DNA of 28,777 nt from a virus (IMGVR_UViG_3300016476_000586:1-28777); one strand, 5' to 3'. Numbered from the stretch's first letter, positions 1 through 9,867 are shown. Notes: generated by a model from the sequence alone, not told the origin. Program-made: numbers and translations.

Positions 1-126
1 GATGTGCTTTACGAATATATATTTGATGGAACTAGTCGTTATTGGGTAGATATCAGTTCTGCCGCAGTCTTTGCAAACGCAATTATAGTAGACCCATTGA
101 ATCCATTCTTACTAATGGGCTCATAA
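1..126 (+). CDS. 3' end of a tail-fibre-associated structural protein (partial, not in ORF track)
   Basis: Frame 1 reads DVLYEYIFDGTSRYWVDISSAAVFANAIIVDPLNPFLLMGS, then TAA at 124-126. LYEYIFDGTSRYWVD resembles LFKYINDGTSNVWVD in the 5229-6032 protein. Confidence 0.75.
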   Translation, partial: DVLYEYIFDGTSRYWVDISSAAVFANAIIVDPLNPFLLMGS

Positions 127-139
127 TGAAAGATTAAAA

Positions 140-469
140 ATGCCAACAACATACAGAGTTTTAGGTCAATCGAATCCCACAGCAAACGTGTTAACAACTA
201 TATACACCGTACCTGTCAATACACAAGCGGTGATTAGCACAGTTGCTGTTTGCAATTTAAGTAACGTCGCAACGACTTTTAGTTTAGCGGTAGCTGTAGC
301 TAACGCTGCAATTAGTAATAGGCAATATGTAAACTTTCAAACTGCGCTACCTGGAAATGATACACTAACACTAACATTGGGAATGACTCTTGGAAATACA
401 GATGTGATTGCAGCTAATTGCCAAAGTTCAACAGTTGCAATTAATGTTTTTGGAAGCGAGATTAGCTAA
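140..469 (+). CDS. Small beta-rich hypothetical protein, probably virion-associated
   Basis: 109-aa Thr/Val/Ala-rich ORF. Its stop overlaps the next start (TAATG) and it lies within the fibre cluster. Confidence 0.7.
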   Translation: MPTTYRVLGQSNPTANVLTTIYTVPVNTQAVISTVAVCNLSNVATTFSLAVAVANAAISNRQYVNFQTALPGNDTLTLTLGMTLGNTDVIAANCQSSTVAINVFGSEIS

Positions 470-3400
470 TGCCAGGAATTAGTTCAACAAGTACTCGCAG
501 AGCTGCTGCAAGTACAGCAGTCGCCGGCCAAGCTACCGTTATTAACAGCGGCACAGCTTTTACAGTGACAGGCACAATTGTAACATCTAACACCACTATT
601 AATTTGGGAGTAGTTACGCCCGGCGAGAATAGCTCGAGTTCTACAGTGACTGTATCTGGCGGCCCATCAATAGCAAACGTGCAGTACTTAGACGCAAACA
701 ATACAGTTGTGGCCGGCCAGATTGCAGTTAATACCACAGGCGGCAACATTTTAATTAACGGTTCCAATTTTGTGGCTAATAGCAGCGTGTACGTGAATAA
801 TACACTAGTTACAAACACTTTTATCAGTACCAGTCAAATTAGGGCTATAGTGCCATCTGGTAGTGTTGGTAATGTTTCATTAATGATATTTGCACCCACG
901 AATTCTGGTGCCATGGGGCCTGCCGTTCGTTACAGCGGCGCTCCGAGCTGGACTACAACCGCAGCTGGTTCTAACAATGGCGCCGCTGCGTCAATTCAGT
1001 TAGTTGCAACAGGCGATAGTGCATTAACATACACGTTGGGGGCAGGATCGTTGCCAACTGGATTAACTCTATCTAGCTCAGGTTTAATTTCTGGCACAGT
1101 ATCTGGATATACTAATACCACTGTAGTAACTTTTACTGTTATTGCTACAGACCAAGAAGGTCAGCAAACTCAACAAGTTATTAACTATACAGTACAAGTC
1201 GGCGATACTTTTATATCATATGTGCCACTAATATTAAGTGCAGCAACACCGACTGCAAACACATTTGTCGCCGATGCCAGTGTTAATAACACAGTGCTCA
1301 CAATATTAGGAGATACTCAGCCCTCGAATCGCACTCCGTTTGCATCGAATCCCGGAACGTATGGCAGCGCATATTTTGACGGTACTGGAGACTATTTGAC
1401 TAGCCCATCTAGTGCTGCACTAGCTTTTGGCACAGGAGACTTTACAGTAGAAATGTGGGTCTATTCCCAAGATGTTTCTGTATCCAGTCAACGAGGGGTT
1501 CTTCAGATTTCAGATACTGCAGGTGGCCTTAAAACAACTTATACCACCGGAATGATATGTTATTTTGGCGGAACAGGTAACGGGTCAATTAACATTATTG
1601 TCGGCGGCACAGCTTACGATTCTGCTGCAGGAATAGTATCGCCGAATACTTGGAATCACGTTGCAGTAACTCGGTCTTCCGGGACAGTAAGACTTTGGTT
1701 AAATGGTACGTCTGTTGCGTCTGGCACCGGAAATAATACCAATTTAACAGGTACCTATATAGCAATCGGCGGGTACTACTCGACGTCGTATCTTTTAACG
1801 GGTTACATGAGCAACCTGCGCATAGTCAAAGGAACGGCATTATACACAAGCACTTTTACTCCAAGCACAACCCCATTGACAGCGGTGTCAGGTACAAGTT
1901 TACTAACGCTTCAAACCAATCAACCAACCAACAATAACAGATTTTTGGACAGTAGCGCAACTAACAGCATTATCACACGGAACGGAAATGCAACGCAAGG
2001 TACATTTACGCCGTTTGGAGAAAGCTGGAGTTACTATCTTAATGGATCCGGCACCACTACCACATTGCCTACTGTAAGAACTCCCACTAGCAGCAATTAT
2101 GTTTTTTATGGATCTAGTGGAACTGTAGAAGCATGGGTATACCTTACAGGCTATTCAACCGGTGCATTGCCACAAGGCGGCTCAATATTATACTCTGTGC
2201 ATTGGGGTTCAGGGGAACGCTATAATGCATTAGCAATCAATGGCAACGGTTATTTTTATATCATCAAAGACGGCGGCGGGTACATAGACAATACCAGCAC
2301 TACTCTTATCCCGCTGTACACTTGGACACACATTGCTTGGACTTATAACGGATCCGCAAATAAATTTTATGTCAACGGAGTAGATATAACCAGTCAGTTT
2401 AGTAATCCGACACTGTCGGGACAGTTTCCGTTTAACACAACCGGCACCCCATTTGTAACAATCGGATCAACATTTTATAACGGAAGCTCATGGACATATT
2501 TGTCTCCTCTCATAGGTTATGTTAGCAACTTGAGAGTGGTAAAAGGATCAGTACTATACACAGGAAATTTCACACCTAGCACTACACCGTTACAGCCTGT
2601 TACAGGGACTGCCCTGCTAACTGGTCAGTCTAATAGGTACGTGGATAATTCTACCAACAATCAGTCTTTGACAGTCATTGGTAATGCAACTGTTCGAGAT
2701 TTTAGTCCTTTTGTAGGAATCACTTTGCCCACACCATACTATAGTGCGTACTTTGACGGTAGTGGAGATTCACTATCTGTACCAACTTCTACCGCCTTGC
2801 AGTTCAGTACAGGTAGTTTTACAATCGAATTTTGGTTTAATACTTCCAGTTCAACAACATATGCATCGTTTGTTTCTAACGAAGCTACTAATGTTGGCTT
2901 CACAATTTTAATTAATAACGGATCTGCTAACGGAGTTATTGCAATATATAACGGTTCTGCAGGATTAGTACACTCAACGTCTGCAAGCTATCGAGACGGC
3001 GCCTGGCACCATCTTGCGTGGTGCCGTGATGGGACTAGTGCCAGACTTTATATCGACGGCGTTCTTGTAAGCACCAACGTTTCTCAAGCTACTTTCTCGA
3101 TGGATGCAGGTAGTACTTGGTATATTGGTAATAACGGACTATTTGCCGGCCGGGATTATTTGGGATGTATTTCTAATTTCCGTGTAGTTAAAGGCACAGC
3201 AGTTTACACATCAAACTTTACACCAAGTACAACGCCCCTTACTGCAATTTCAAATACAAGTTTGTTAACTTGCCAGTCAAATACTTTTATTGACGCAAGT
3301 AGCAATAACTTTACAATAACCGCCGGCGGAAACGTTGTGCCGTCTGTAGTTAGTCCATTTACACCACAATACTCTGTAAAACAAAATTACAGCACAACTG

Positions 3401-5208
3401 TAATCGGTGGCGCGGCCTATTTTGATGGCAATGGCGATTACTTAACAGCCCCTGACAACGCGGACTTAGAATTAGGTAGTTCGAACTTTACTGTCGAATG
3501 TTGGATATATCCCACTAGTTTAAAAGGGTACCAGGCGATTGCGTCTAAACCGGGCGGATCTGATGCTTATGGCTGGGTGTTAGTATTTGAAACAAACAAT
3601 TCTTTAAGTTTTTACTCTGGCAACGGAAGTTGGACCATAATAATGACTGGCGCAGGCTTTCCGGCGGCAAACTCTTGGAGTCACGTAGCGGTAACCAGAT
3701 CGGGTAATGTATGGAGAATGTTCTTAAACGGTGTACAAGTAAACACAGTCACAAATGCATTTACTATCGATGATCTTGCATACCCAATGTATGTGGGTTG
3801 GTATCCTAACTTCCCGGGGTCGAATAGTGCACAATCATTTAGCGGTTACATTTCTAACTTTAGAGTGGTTAAAGGAACAGCCTTATATACCAGCAACTTT
3901 GTGCCACAAAATCGACCATTGACGGCGGTAACTAATACTACATTATTATTGTCTGGCACAAGTGCTGCAATATATGATAGTGTCTCGCAAAATATTTTTG
4001 AATCAGTCGGGGACGCTAGAATTTTGAGCGGGAGCACAACTCCTGCGACACCATACTACAATACCTACTACAGTAACTTTTTTGACGGCACTGGCGATTT
4101 TATATCAGGTTCTAACGGGGGATCTCTGGGCGCCGGCGATTTCACCATTGAAGCATGGGTAAATGTAAGCGCATGGTCAACATATGGCGCCATTATAGAA
4201 AATACAAATACTGGTAGATACCAATTGGGATTTACAGGTACAAATCAGATAGTTTTTTATAGCGGCAGCTCAATTGCAACAACATCTGCAGGCACTGCCC
4301 CGTTAAACCAGTGGTTGCATATAGCAGTATGCAGATCAGGATCTGGCGTCAATAATATTTCTATATGGATAAATGGCGCAAACCGCGTACAAGGAACTTC
4401 AACTGCTAATTTTTCTGATGACGGGTTGCGTATCGGTACAAGTTTTGATAATTACGGTATAACGGGATATGTTTCAAATTTGAGAATAGTAAAAGGCACA
4501 GCAGTATATAACACTGCAACTTTTACTCCGCCAACTGCACCGTTAACTGCAATCTCCGGCACAAGTTTGTTAACGTGTCAGCGTAATAGAATTAATGATA
4601 ATTCTACAAATAACATATCGTTAACATCTAACGGTGATACCGCAGTTCGATCATTTAATCCATTTCAAAATAATCCAGCTGGCTCCATTTATTTTGACGG
4701 CACCGGCGATTATCTAAGGACTCCGTCCACTGTTGAAATTAACAGAGTTTGGTGGGGTAAATCGTTTACTCTCGAATACTGGATTTATGCAAATACGCTA
4801 AATCAAGAAGTTGTTAATACCACACCTGTTGTAATAGGAAATATGGACCCAACAGGTGGTACGTGCTACTGGGCTTTTGGTCCAATGGCTAACGGTACAG
4901 TTAGATGGTACTATTGGAACGGATCTGCACAAAGCATCAATACATCTGCTGTTATAGCTGCCAGACAGTGGCACCATTTAGCATTTGTTAATAACAACGG
5001 GTCGTTGGCCATTTATATTAACGGAGTGTCATCGGCAACAGGTACAGTAGCAGGAACTCCTCAGAGTAGTGCAGCATTTCCGATATCGATCGGTGCTGTA
5101 AACAATACCTATTTTAATGGGTACCTAGCAGATTTAAGAATAACAGCAGGCGTTGCTAGATACACTGCGGGCTTTACTCCTCCTACTAGCCCGTTACTAA
5201 CACAATAA
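469..5208 (+). CDS. Large tail fibre/adhesin-like protein: N-terminal IPT/Ig-like domains plus six LamG/concanavalin A-like repeats
   Basis: 1579 aa. The N-terminal part has INGSNF (IPT/TIG-like) and GSLPTGLTLSSSGLISGT (putative Ig-like). Six units follow the pattern SxYFDGxGDY...FTxExW...WxHxA...NG...GYxSNxRxVKGTAxYTxxFTPxTxPL. Confidence 0.85.
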   Translation: MPGISSTSTRRAAASTAVAGQATVINSGTAFTVTGTIVTSNTTINLGVVTPGENSSSSTVTVSGGPSIANVQYLDANNTVVAGQIAVNTTGGNILINGSNFVANSSVYVNNTLVTNTFISTSQIRAIVPSGSVGNVSLMIFAPTNSGAMGPAVRYSGAPSWTTTAAGSNNGAAASIQLVATGDSALTYTLGAGSLPTGLTLSSSGLISGTVSGYTNTTVVTFTVIATDQEGQQTQQVINYTVQVGDTFISYVPLILSAATPTANTFVADASVNNTVLTILGDTQPSNRTPFASNPGTYGSAYFDGTGDYLTSPSSAALAFGTGDFTVEMWVYSQDVSVSSQRGVLQISDTAGGLKTTYTTGMICYFGGTGNGSINIIVGGTAYDSAAGIVSPNTWNHVAVTRSSGTVRLWLNGTSVASGTGNNTNLTGTYIAIGGYYSTSYLLTGYMSNLRIVKGTALYTSTFTPSTTPLTAVSGTSLLTLQTNQPTNNNRFLDSSATNSIITRNGNATQGTFTPFGESWSYYLNGSGTTTTLPTVRTPTSSNYVFYGSSGTVEAWVYLTGYSTGALPQGGSILYSVHWGSGERYNALAINGNGYFYIIKDGGGYIDNTSTTLIPLYTWTHIAWTYNGSANKFYVNGVDITSQFSNPTLSGQFPFNTTGTPFVTIGSTFYNGSSWTYLSPLIGYVSNLRVVKGSVLYTGNFTPSTTPLQPVTGTALLTGQSNRYVDNSTNNQSLTVIGNATVRDFSPFVGITLPTPYYSAYFDGSGDSLSVPTSTALQFSTGSFTIEFWFNTSSSTTYASFVSNEATNVGFTILINNGSANGVIAIYNGSAGLVHSTSASYRDGAWHHLAWCRDGTSARLYIDGVLVSTNVSQATFSMDAGSTWYIGNNGLFAGRDYLGCISNFRVVKGTAVYTSNFTPSTTPLTAISNTSLLTCQSNTFIDASSNNFTITAGGNVVPSVVSPFTPQYSVKQNYSTTVIGGAAYFDGNGDYLTAPDNADLELGSSNFTVECWIYPTSLKGYQAIASKPGGSDAYGWVLVFETNNSLSFYSGNGSWTIIMTGAGFPAANSWSHVAVTRSGNVWRMFLNGVQVNTVTNAFTIDDLAYPMYVGWYPNFPGSNSAQSFSGYISNFRVVKGTALYTSNFVPQNRPLTAVTNTTLLLSGTSAAIYDSVSQNIFESVGDARILSGSTTPATPYYNTYYSNFFDGTGDFISGSNGGSLGAGDFTIEAWVNVSAWSTYGAIIENTNTGRYQLGFTGTNQIVFYSGSSIATTSAGTAPLNQWLHIAVCRSGSGVNNISIWINGANRVQGTSTANFSDDGLRIGTSFDNYGITGYVSNLRIVKGTAVYNTATFTPPTAPLTAISGTSLLTCQRNRINDNSTNNISLTSNGDTAVRSFNPFQNNPAGSIYFDGTGDYLRTPSTVEINRVWWGKSFTLEYWIYANTLNQEVVNTTPVVIGNMDPTGGTCYWAFGPMANGTVRWYYWNGSAQSINTSAVIAARQWHHLAFVNNNGSLAIYINGVSSATGTVAGTPQSSAAFPISIGAVNNTYFNGYLADLRITAGVARYTAGFTPPTSPLLTQ

Positions 5209-5211
5209 ATA
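5206..5211 (+). promoter_or_regulatory. T4-like late promoter core TAAATA
   Basis: aaTAAATA overlaps the upstream stop codon, 17 nt before ATG 5229. The motif recurs before structural genes. Confidence 0.55.
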
Positions 5212-5228
5212 TAAAAAAGGTATATTAA

Positions 5229-6032
5229 ATGGCATTTCCTAGTAGTCCGATTAATGGTCAAGTTTCAACAGTAAACGGGATTGCCTATGTATATTCTAGC
5301 GGAACCAGAAGCTGGGCACGAGTTCAAGGCAATGTAGCCAATTTAGTTGTTGGTACAACATTAACAGTTGGCGGAAATATATCTGCAAAAGGTCGAAATG
5401 TTGTTACAAACTTTACAGGCAACACAGCACCAACAAATCCTGTACAGGGCGACGAATGGTACTATGTTGCTGCAGACAAGCTTTTCAAGTACATAAATGA
5501 TGGTACTAGCAATGTTTGGGTAGATCAAAGTTTTCCAACTACGTTTTCTACGCTAAGTGTAAATCAAATTAATAACTCTGGATCGCCAGGTACTGGAAAT
5601 ATCGGTAGCGTATCGGGCTCATTTAATACAATCTTTGCAAAAGCAACTTCTGCCCAATACGCCGACCTTGCAGAAATATACGAAAGCGACATGAATTATC
5701 AGCCCGGTACAGTTGTTATATTCGGCGGCCAAAACGAAATAACAATAAGCACCGAAAGCAACGATACAAGAGTTGCAGGAGTTATTAGTACAGAGCCTGC
5801 ATTTCTAATGAACAGCACTTCGATAGGAATTCCAGTTGCATTTACTGGTCGGGTTCCTTGTTATGTTTTAGGGCCAGTTGATAAAGGTGATGTATTGATT
5901 ACTAGCGATATTCCAGGAACCGCACAAAAAATAAATCAGGATTATAAGCCTGGTTGCGTAATTGGAAAAAGTTTAGAAAAAATAGAAGATAGCACGGTGA
6001 AAAAAATTGAAATAGTGGTAGGGAGATTTTAA
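5229..6032 (+). CDS. Fibre-associated protein with C-terminal peptidase G2-like intramolecular chaperone domain
   Basis: The C-terminus has AQYADLAEIY...PGTVV...VAGVISTEPAFLMN...GRVPCYVLGPVDKGD. The N-terminal MAFPSSPxNGQ module is shared with the next gene. Confidence 0.7.
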   Translation: MAFPSSPINGQVSTVNGIAYVYSSGTRSWARVQGNVANLVVGTTLTVGGNISAKGRNVVTNFTGNTAPTNPVQGDEWYYVAADKLFKYINDGTSNVWVDQSFPTTFSTLSVNQINNSGSPGTGNIGSVSGSFNTIFAKATSAQYADLAEIYESDMNYQPGTVVIFGGQNEITISTESNDTRVAGVISTEPAFLMNSTSIGIPVAFTGRVPCYVLGPVDKGDVLITSDIPGTAQKINQDYKPGCVIGKSLEKIEDSTVKKIEIVVGRF

Positions 6033-6607
6033 TGCCGTTTCCAGTTAATCCAACCAACGGACAACAAGCAACCGTTAACGGAATTGTTTACACTTACAAT
6101 TCCACTACAACTGCATGGCAGTCAACTTCGACATTTACTGGTAACGTTACTGTAAATCAAATAACTGCTAATTCAATAGTTACGACAACAACCAATTCAT
6201 CTTCTATATCTGGTAATGCATTGTCAGTAACAGGAGCAGTGACGACTGGCAACATATCTGCAACTGGTAATATATCTGCAACTGGTAATATATCGTCTAG
6301 TGGAACTCTTACGGCCGTTAATATCGTAGAATCGTCGAGTATTGTTTTTAAAGAAAATATAAGACCTATAGAAAATTCTTTAGATTTATTACAAAAATTA
6401 GTAGCAGTTTTATATGATAGGAAAGACGGGTCTTATTTGAATGAACCGGGTCTGATAGCCGAACAAGTTGAACCCATCATACCTGAATTAGTAGTTAAAG
6501 ACAAAGACGGGAACCCCATAGGTATTCGATATTCCAAAATACCTGTCTATCTAATAGAAGCTATGCAATCTCTTAAAGAAGAAATAGACAGTTTGAAAAA
6601 GAGTTAA
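6032..6607 (+). CDS. Short fibre protein with C-terminal peptidase S74 intramolecular chaperone domain
   Basis: SSIVFKENI...GLIAEQVEPIIPELV...IRYSKIPVYLIEAMQSLKEEI matches the S74 chaperone pattern with a terminal coiled coil. GNISAT repeats precede it. Confidence 0.8.
   Translation: MPFPVNPTNGQQATVNGIVYTYNSTTTAWQSTSTFTGNVTVNQITANSIVTTTTNSSSISGNALSVTGAVTTGNISATGNISATGNISSSGTLTAVNIVESSSIVFKENIRPIENSLDLLQKLVAVLYDRKDGSYLNEPGLIAEQVEPIIPELVVKDKDGNPIGIRYSKIPVYLIEAMQSLKEEIDSLKKS
6248..6304 (+). repeat. 18-bp tandem repeat encoding GNISAT fibre-shaft repeats (about 3 copies)
   Basis: ggcaacatatctgcaact / ggtaatatatctgcaact / ggtaatatatcgtctagt. Confidence 0.8.
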
Positions 6608-6609
6608 TA

Positions 6610-7611
6610 ATGGCAATTCTGTCAAATGTTGTTGTAAGTGACGCCGGTTTTATAACATTGCCTATAGGCAACGTTGCCCAACGGCCAGTCTCCCCGGCAA
6701 CTGGAATGGTCAGAACTAACGCGTCTAGTTTACAAATCGAAACATATTCCGGCACTGCTTGGCAAAATTTTGTTCCCACTGCAGGAATATTTGTATATCT
6801 TTGGGGAGCCGGGGGAGCTGGCGGCACACCCGGCGGCTGGGTGTACGGTGCACCAGGCGGTGGGGGTGGGTTTGCGTACGGGCAGCTAGTTAACGTTACT
6901 GCCGGTGATACCTTTATTCTGGTAGTTGGCGGCGGCGGCATAATAAATTCAACGTCTGGTGCGTTTGGCGGCGGCGGCCGCGCCTCGGTTAACGGTGTAG
7001 ACAACCGCTATGGCGGCGGCGGCGGGGGATATACTGGTCTTTTTAGGACATCGGTGTCCCAAGCCAATGCTGTGCTAATTGCAGGTGGTGGGGGCGGCGG
7101 GGGATCGAGCCGTGCCGGGACCGGAAACCAGGGCGGATCCGGTGGAGGACTTTACGGACAAATTGGTGTTGCACCTTATGATGGTAAATCAGCATATGCA
7201 GGTAACCCCGGGGGTCCTTATTCTGCAGGCGCAGATGCCAGCTCAGACAGTGCCAACACTGCTGGCAACCAAGGCGCATTACAAGGCGGTAACCCTAGAA
7301 CAAACTGTTATGGCGGCGCCGGCGGCGGCGGATATTGGGGCGGCAGCGCCGGCGGCTACACAGAATCTAATACCATGGGAGGCGGAGCCGGCGGCAGCGG
7401 ATTTATTAATCAGTCTTACATTGTAAACGGGGTATCGTTTGGTGGCAATTTAAACGTGCCCGGCGGAATAGCTTCATCTTATTACACAGGAAGTTATGGT
7501 TACGGGGGAGCAGTCAGCGGCAACGGATCGAATGGTTATGCTGTAATAGTTAAAAATGGAGTAGTGACTACATACACTTATACGGGTTCTAACATCACTA
7601 TAACAATATAA
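6610..7611 (+). CDS. Glycine-rich domain virion protein with shared N-terminal fibre module
   Basis: The N-terminus is LPIGNVAQRP...GMVRTN...ETYSGTAW. It is followed by WGAGGAGG...VVGGGG...LIAGGGGGGG...GGGGYWGG polyglycine tracts. Confidence 0.75.
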   Translation: MAILSNVVVSDAGFITLPIGNVAQRPVSPATGMVRTNASSLQIETYSGTAWQNFVPTAGIFVYLWGAGGAGGTPGGWVYGAPGGGGGFAYGQLVNVTAGDTFILVVGGGGIINSTSGAFGGGGRASVNGVDNRYGGGGGGYTGLFRTSVSQANAVLIAGGGGGGGSSRAGTGNQGGSGGGLYGQIGVAPYDGKSAYAGNPGGPYSAGADASSDSANTAGNQGALQGGNPRTNCYGGAGGGGYWGGSAGGYTESNTMGGGAGGSGFINQSYIVNGVSFGGNLNVPGGIASSYYTGSYGYGGAVSGNGSNGYAVIVKNGVVTTYTYTGSNITITI

Positions 7612-8762
7612 TGGCAACCTTAGCAAATATTACTATCAACGATACTGGGTTTTTAACGGTGCCTTCGGGTACTACAGCCCAGCGGCCTTCTACACCTACA
7701 GTTACAACGTCAACATTGAGGCCGATCGGTATTAGTGCCAACGGGTTGAGATTGTTTATTCCTGGTTTTTGGACTACATATCAAAATTTGCCAGCTTATT
7801 TAACTGGCTTGCCTACGACAACTTTTATTAACAACACCGACTCTGGAACTTTTACTATTAACTTTGCAGCTAGAGTATATCTGTTGCGTGATCCCACATG
7901 GAGTGCTGTAGATCTTACTGGTTGGACGCTTGTTGAATCTGGTAAAAATTATGGAATATCTACAAACACATCTGTGTACTTTAAAGATTTCTCTGCAGGT
8001 ACCTATGCCTACGATGATTTGTCAGCGATGTACATGTGGGACTTCGGCACCAATGCGGCAGCTCGTAATGGTCAGATGTACTATAACACCAGCAGTCAAG
8101 TATTAGAAACTTATAGACCCAACGGTTGGGCCGACTTGCCAGTCACTAACGGGCTAGTTTGTTACCTTGATGCTGGAAGATTTGATAGCTATCCCGGGTA
8201 CGGCCCGGTGATCAAAGATCTCAGCGGCAGCGGCCGCAATGGACTGTTGATTGGATCTTGGAGTTGGTCCGACATCTACGGCGGCGTAATTCAGCTCAAT
8301 GCTAGTACAGGATGGATACGTGTGCCAGATATAAACTTGGTTTCAGGTCAATACACTGTTATGGGTGCAACCAGATATACCGGAGCTTCACGAGGAAGAA
8401 TCATATCATCGCTGTCAAACAATTGGTTGCTTGGGCATTGGAATGCTACTACAGCAAACTATTATGCTGAAGGATGGGTTTCTGGGGCAGGCGTGGGAAC
8501 CAACGATACCAATTGGAGAATTTACACCGGCACTGGAGATTCCGCTGCAGACTCGTGGGCATTTTATGTAAACAATGTGCTAAACGCAGGTCCCAATAAC
8601 GGAGGCAGTGCAGGCCCAAACGGACTAAGCATCGGGGCCAGCGCCGGCGCAAGCGAGTGGTCAGACGGGCAATTTGGATTTGTTGTATGCTACAACAGAA
8701 TACTATCTGCAGCAGAAATGACACAAAATTATAACTATTTTAAAGACAGGTATGGTCTCTAA
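7611..8762 (+). CDS. Fibre/receptor-binding-like protein with C-terminal LamG-like domain
   Basis: N-terminal VPSGTTAQRP. The C-terminal domain runs from VTNGLVCYLDAG..SYPG.G....DLSG.G to YNRILSAAEMTQNYNYFKDRYGL. Confidence 0.8.
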   Translation: MATLANITINDTGFLTVPSGTTAQRPSTPTVTTSTLRPIGISANGLRLFIPGFWTTYQNLPAYLTGLPTTTFINNTDSGTFTINFAARVYLLRDPTWSAVDLTGWTLVESGKNYGISTNTSVYFKDFSAGTYAYDDLSAMYMWDFGTNAAARNGQMYYNTSSQVLETYRPNGWADLPVTNGLVCYLDAGRFDSYPGYGPVIKDLSGSGRNGLLIGSWSWSDIYGGVIQLNASTGWIRVPDINLVSGQYTVMGATRYTGASRGRIISSLSNNWLLGHWNATTANYYAEGWVSGAGVGTNDTNWRIYTGTGDSAADSWAFYVNNVLNAGPNNGGSAGPNGLSIGASAGASEWSDGQFGFVVCYNRILSAAEMTQNYNYFKDRYGL

Positions 8763-9658
8763 TGGCAATTCTTAAGAATAGTACATTTACAGGAACATTT
8801 CGGTTGCCGTCGGGGACTACTGCTCAGCGCCCTGCCGCTCCGACTACTGGAATGATTCGTTATAATACTAGTATCCCTTGTAATGAAATGTATAATGGAT
8901 CAATTTGGTGGGATTTAGATAACAATGTCCCTTCGGATATCGGGCTTAACAGCACAACTCCAGCGGCATCAGGGATACAACTGCTTCAGGCTAGGCCCAC
9001 TTATGGTAGCGGCAATTATTATATACAACCTCCCGGGCAGCCATGTTATCAAGTATATGTAGATATGACAAACCAAGGAGGCGGCTGGGTATTAGTCGCA
9101 TGTGGTCGACAAGGTGCATCAAACGGCATAGCTTGGTGGCAAGATGCCGGCGCCGGCAACTTTGCATCTGGATTAGTATCAGCAAACCTCTCCAATAACA
9201 CAGTCGCTTATATGCCAACTGATTGGATAAAGGCACTACAAGGCGGCCAAACTTGGCACAATTTTAACGGAATGATCTGTAACAGAATCGTACTAGGGGA
9301 TAGTTTCTATTTTATCCCCTATAACTCAGGACCATACCGTTTTAGTTGGAGTAACTTCGGCGCCGCCACAGATACACAGCCGCACACTTCAACTTACCTA
9401 TCATACGGTCGCTGGACAGGACAATGGTTGTCGGGTTCTAACAGTTACAACTACAGCAACAATCTTTGGGGTGACACATTAGGCAACGGAAGCCCCGTTG
9501 CAAACGATGCAACTCGTCTGTTTACTTGGTCATGGAGCGGCCATAGTGCAGGCGGAGTTCAGTATTCGGGTTGGAGCGCAGGCGCATCTGTTACAACAGG
9601 TTTCCAAGCAGGATCGGAAGGACATGCAATACAACAAGTAAACGTTTTTGTTAAATAA
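8762..9658 (+). CDS. Fibre/receptor-binding-like protein with fibrinogen-C-like domain
   Basis: N-terminal LPSGTTAQRP..GMIRYNT module, then SGNYYIQP...VYVDMTNQGGGWVLV, the pattern that opens fibrinogen-related domains. Confidence 0.7.
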   Translation: MAILKNSTFTGTFRLPSGTTAQRPAAPTTGMIRYNTSIPCNEMYNGSIWWDLDNNVPSDIGLNSTTPAASGIQLLQARPTYGSGNYYIQPPGQPCYQVYVDMTNQGGGWVLVACGRQGASNGIAWWQDAGAGNFASGLVSANLSNNTVAYMPTDWIKALQGGQTWHNFNGMICNRIVLGDSFYFIPYNSGPYRFSWSNFGAATDTQPHTSTYLSYGRWTGQWLSGSNSYNYSNNLWGDTLGNGSPVANDATRLFTWSWSGHSAGGVQYSGWSAGASVTTGFQAGSEGHAIQQVNVFVK

Positions 9659-9662
9659 AAAT

Positions 9663-9836
9663 ATGTATGAACTTAATATTGATCCAGAAACAAACAAAGA
9701 AATACCAAATACAGTAAAACGTACTTCTGACGGTTTTATTATTAATTTTGATATTACAATACCCGAATATAGAGAATATTTAAGCTGGTGTTTCGAACAA
9801 TCTAAAACCGATGAAGAAATCATCGCAAATATTTAA
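9663..9836 (+). CDS. Small hypothetical protein, possible fibre-assembly accessory protein
   Basis: 57 aa from ATG 9663, with VKRTSDGFII...EYREYLSW. It ends the fibre cluster and has TAAATA 5 nt upstream. Confidence 0.55.
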   Translation: MYELNIDPETNKEIPNTVKRTSDGFIINFDITIPEYREYLSWCFEQSKTDEEIIANI

Positions 9837-9861
9837 ATCAGGAAATAAATCCAATTTAAGT

Positions 9862-9867
9862 TAAATA
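9862..9867 (+). promoter_or_regulatory. T4-like late promoter core TAAATA
   Basis: gtTAAATA is 4 nt before ATG 9872. A similar site at 9652-9657 precedes ATG 9663. Confidence 0.55.

Noticed and set aside
6800-7400. GGC runs as a microsatellite or phase-variation tract
   Set aside because: They are in-frame glycine codons with mixed synonymous usage, explained by the polyglycine protein.
469-9658. Diversity-generating retroelement acting on fibre tips
   Set aside because: There is no reverse transcriptase in the window and I saw no near-identical repeat pair differing only at adenines. The repeats are diverged at the DNA level.
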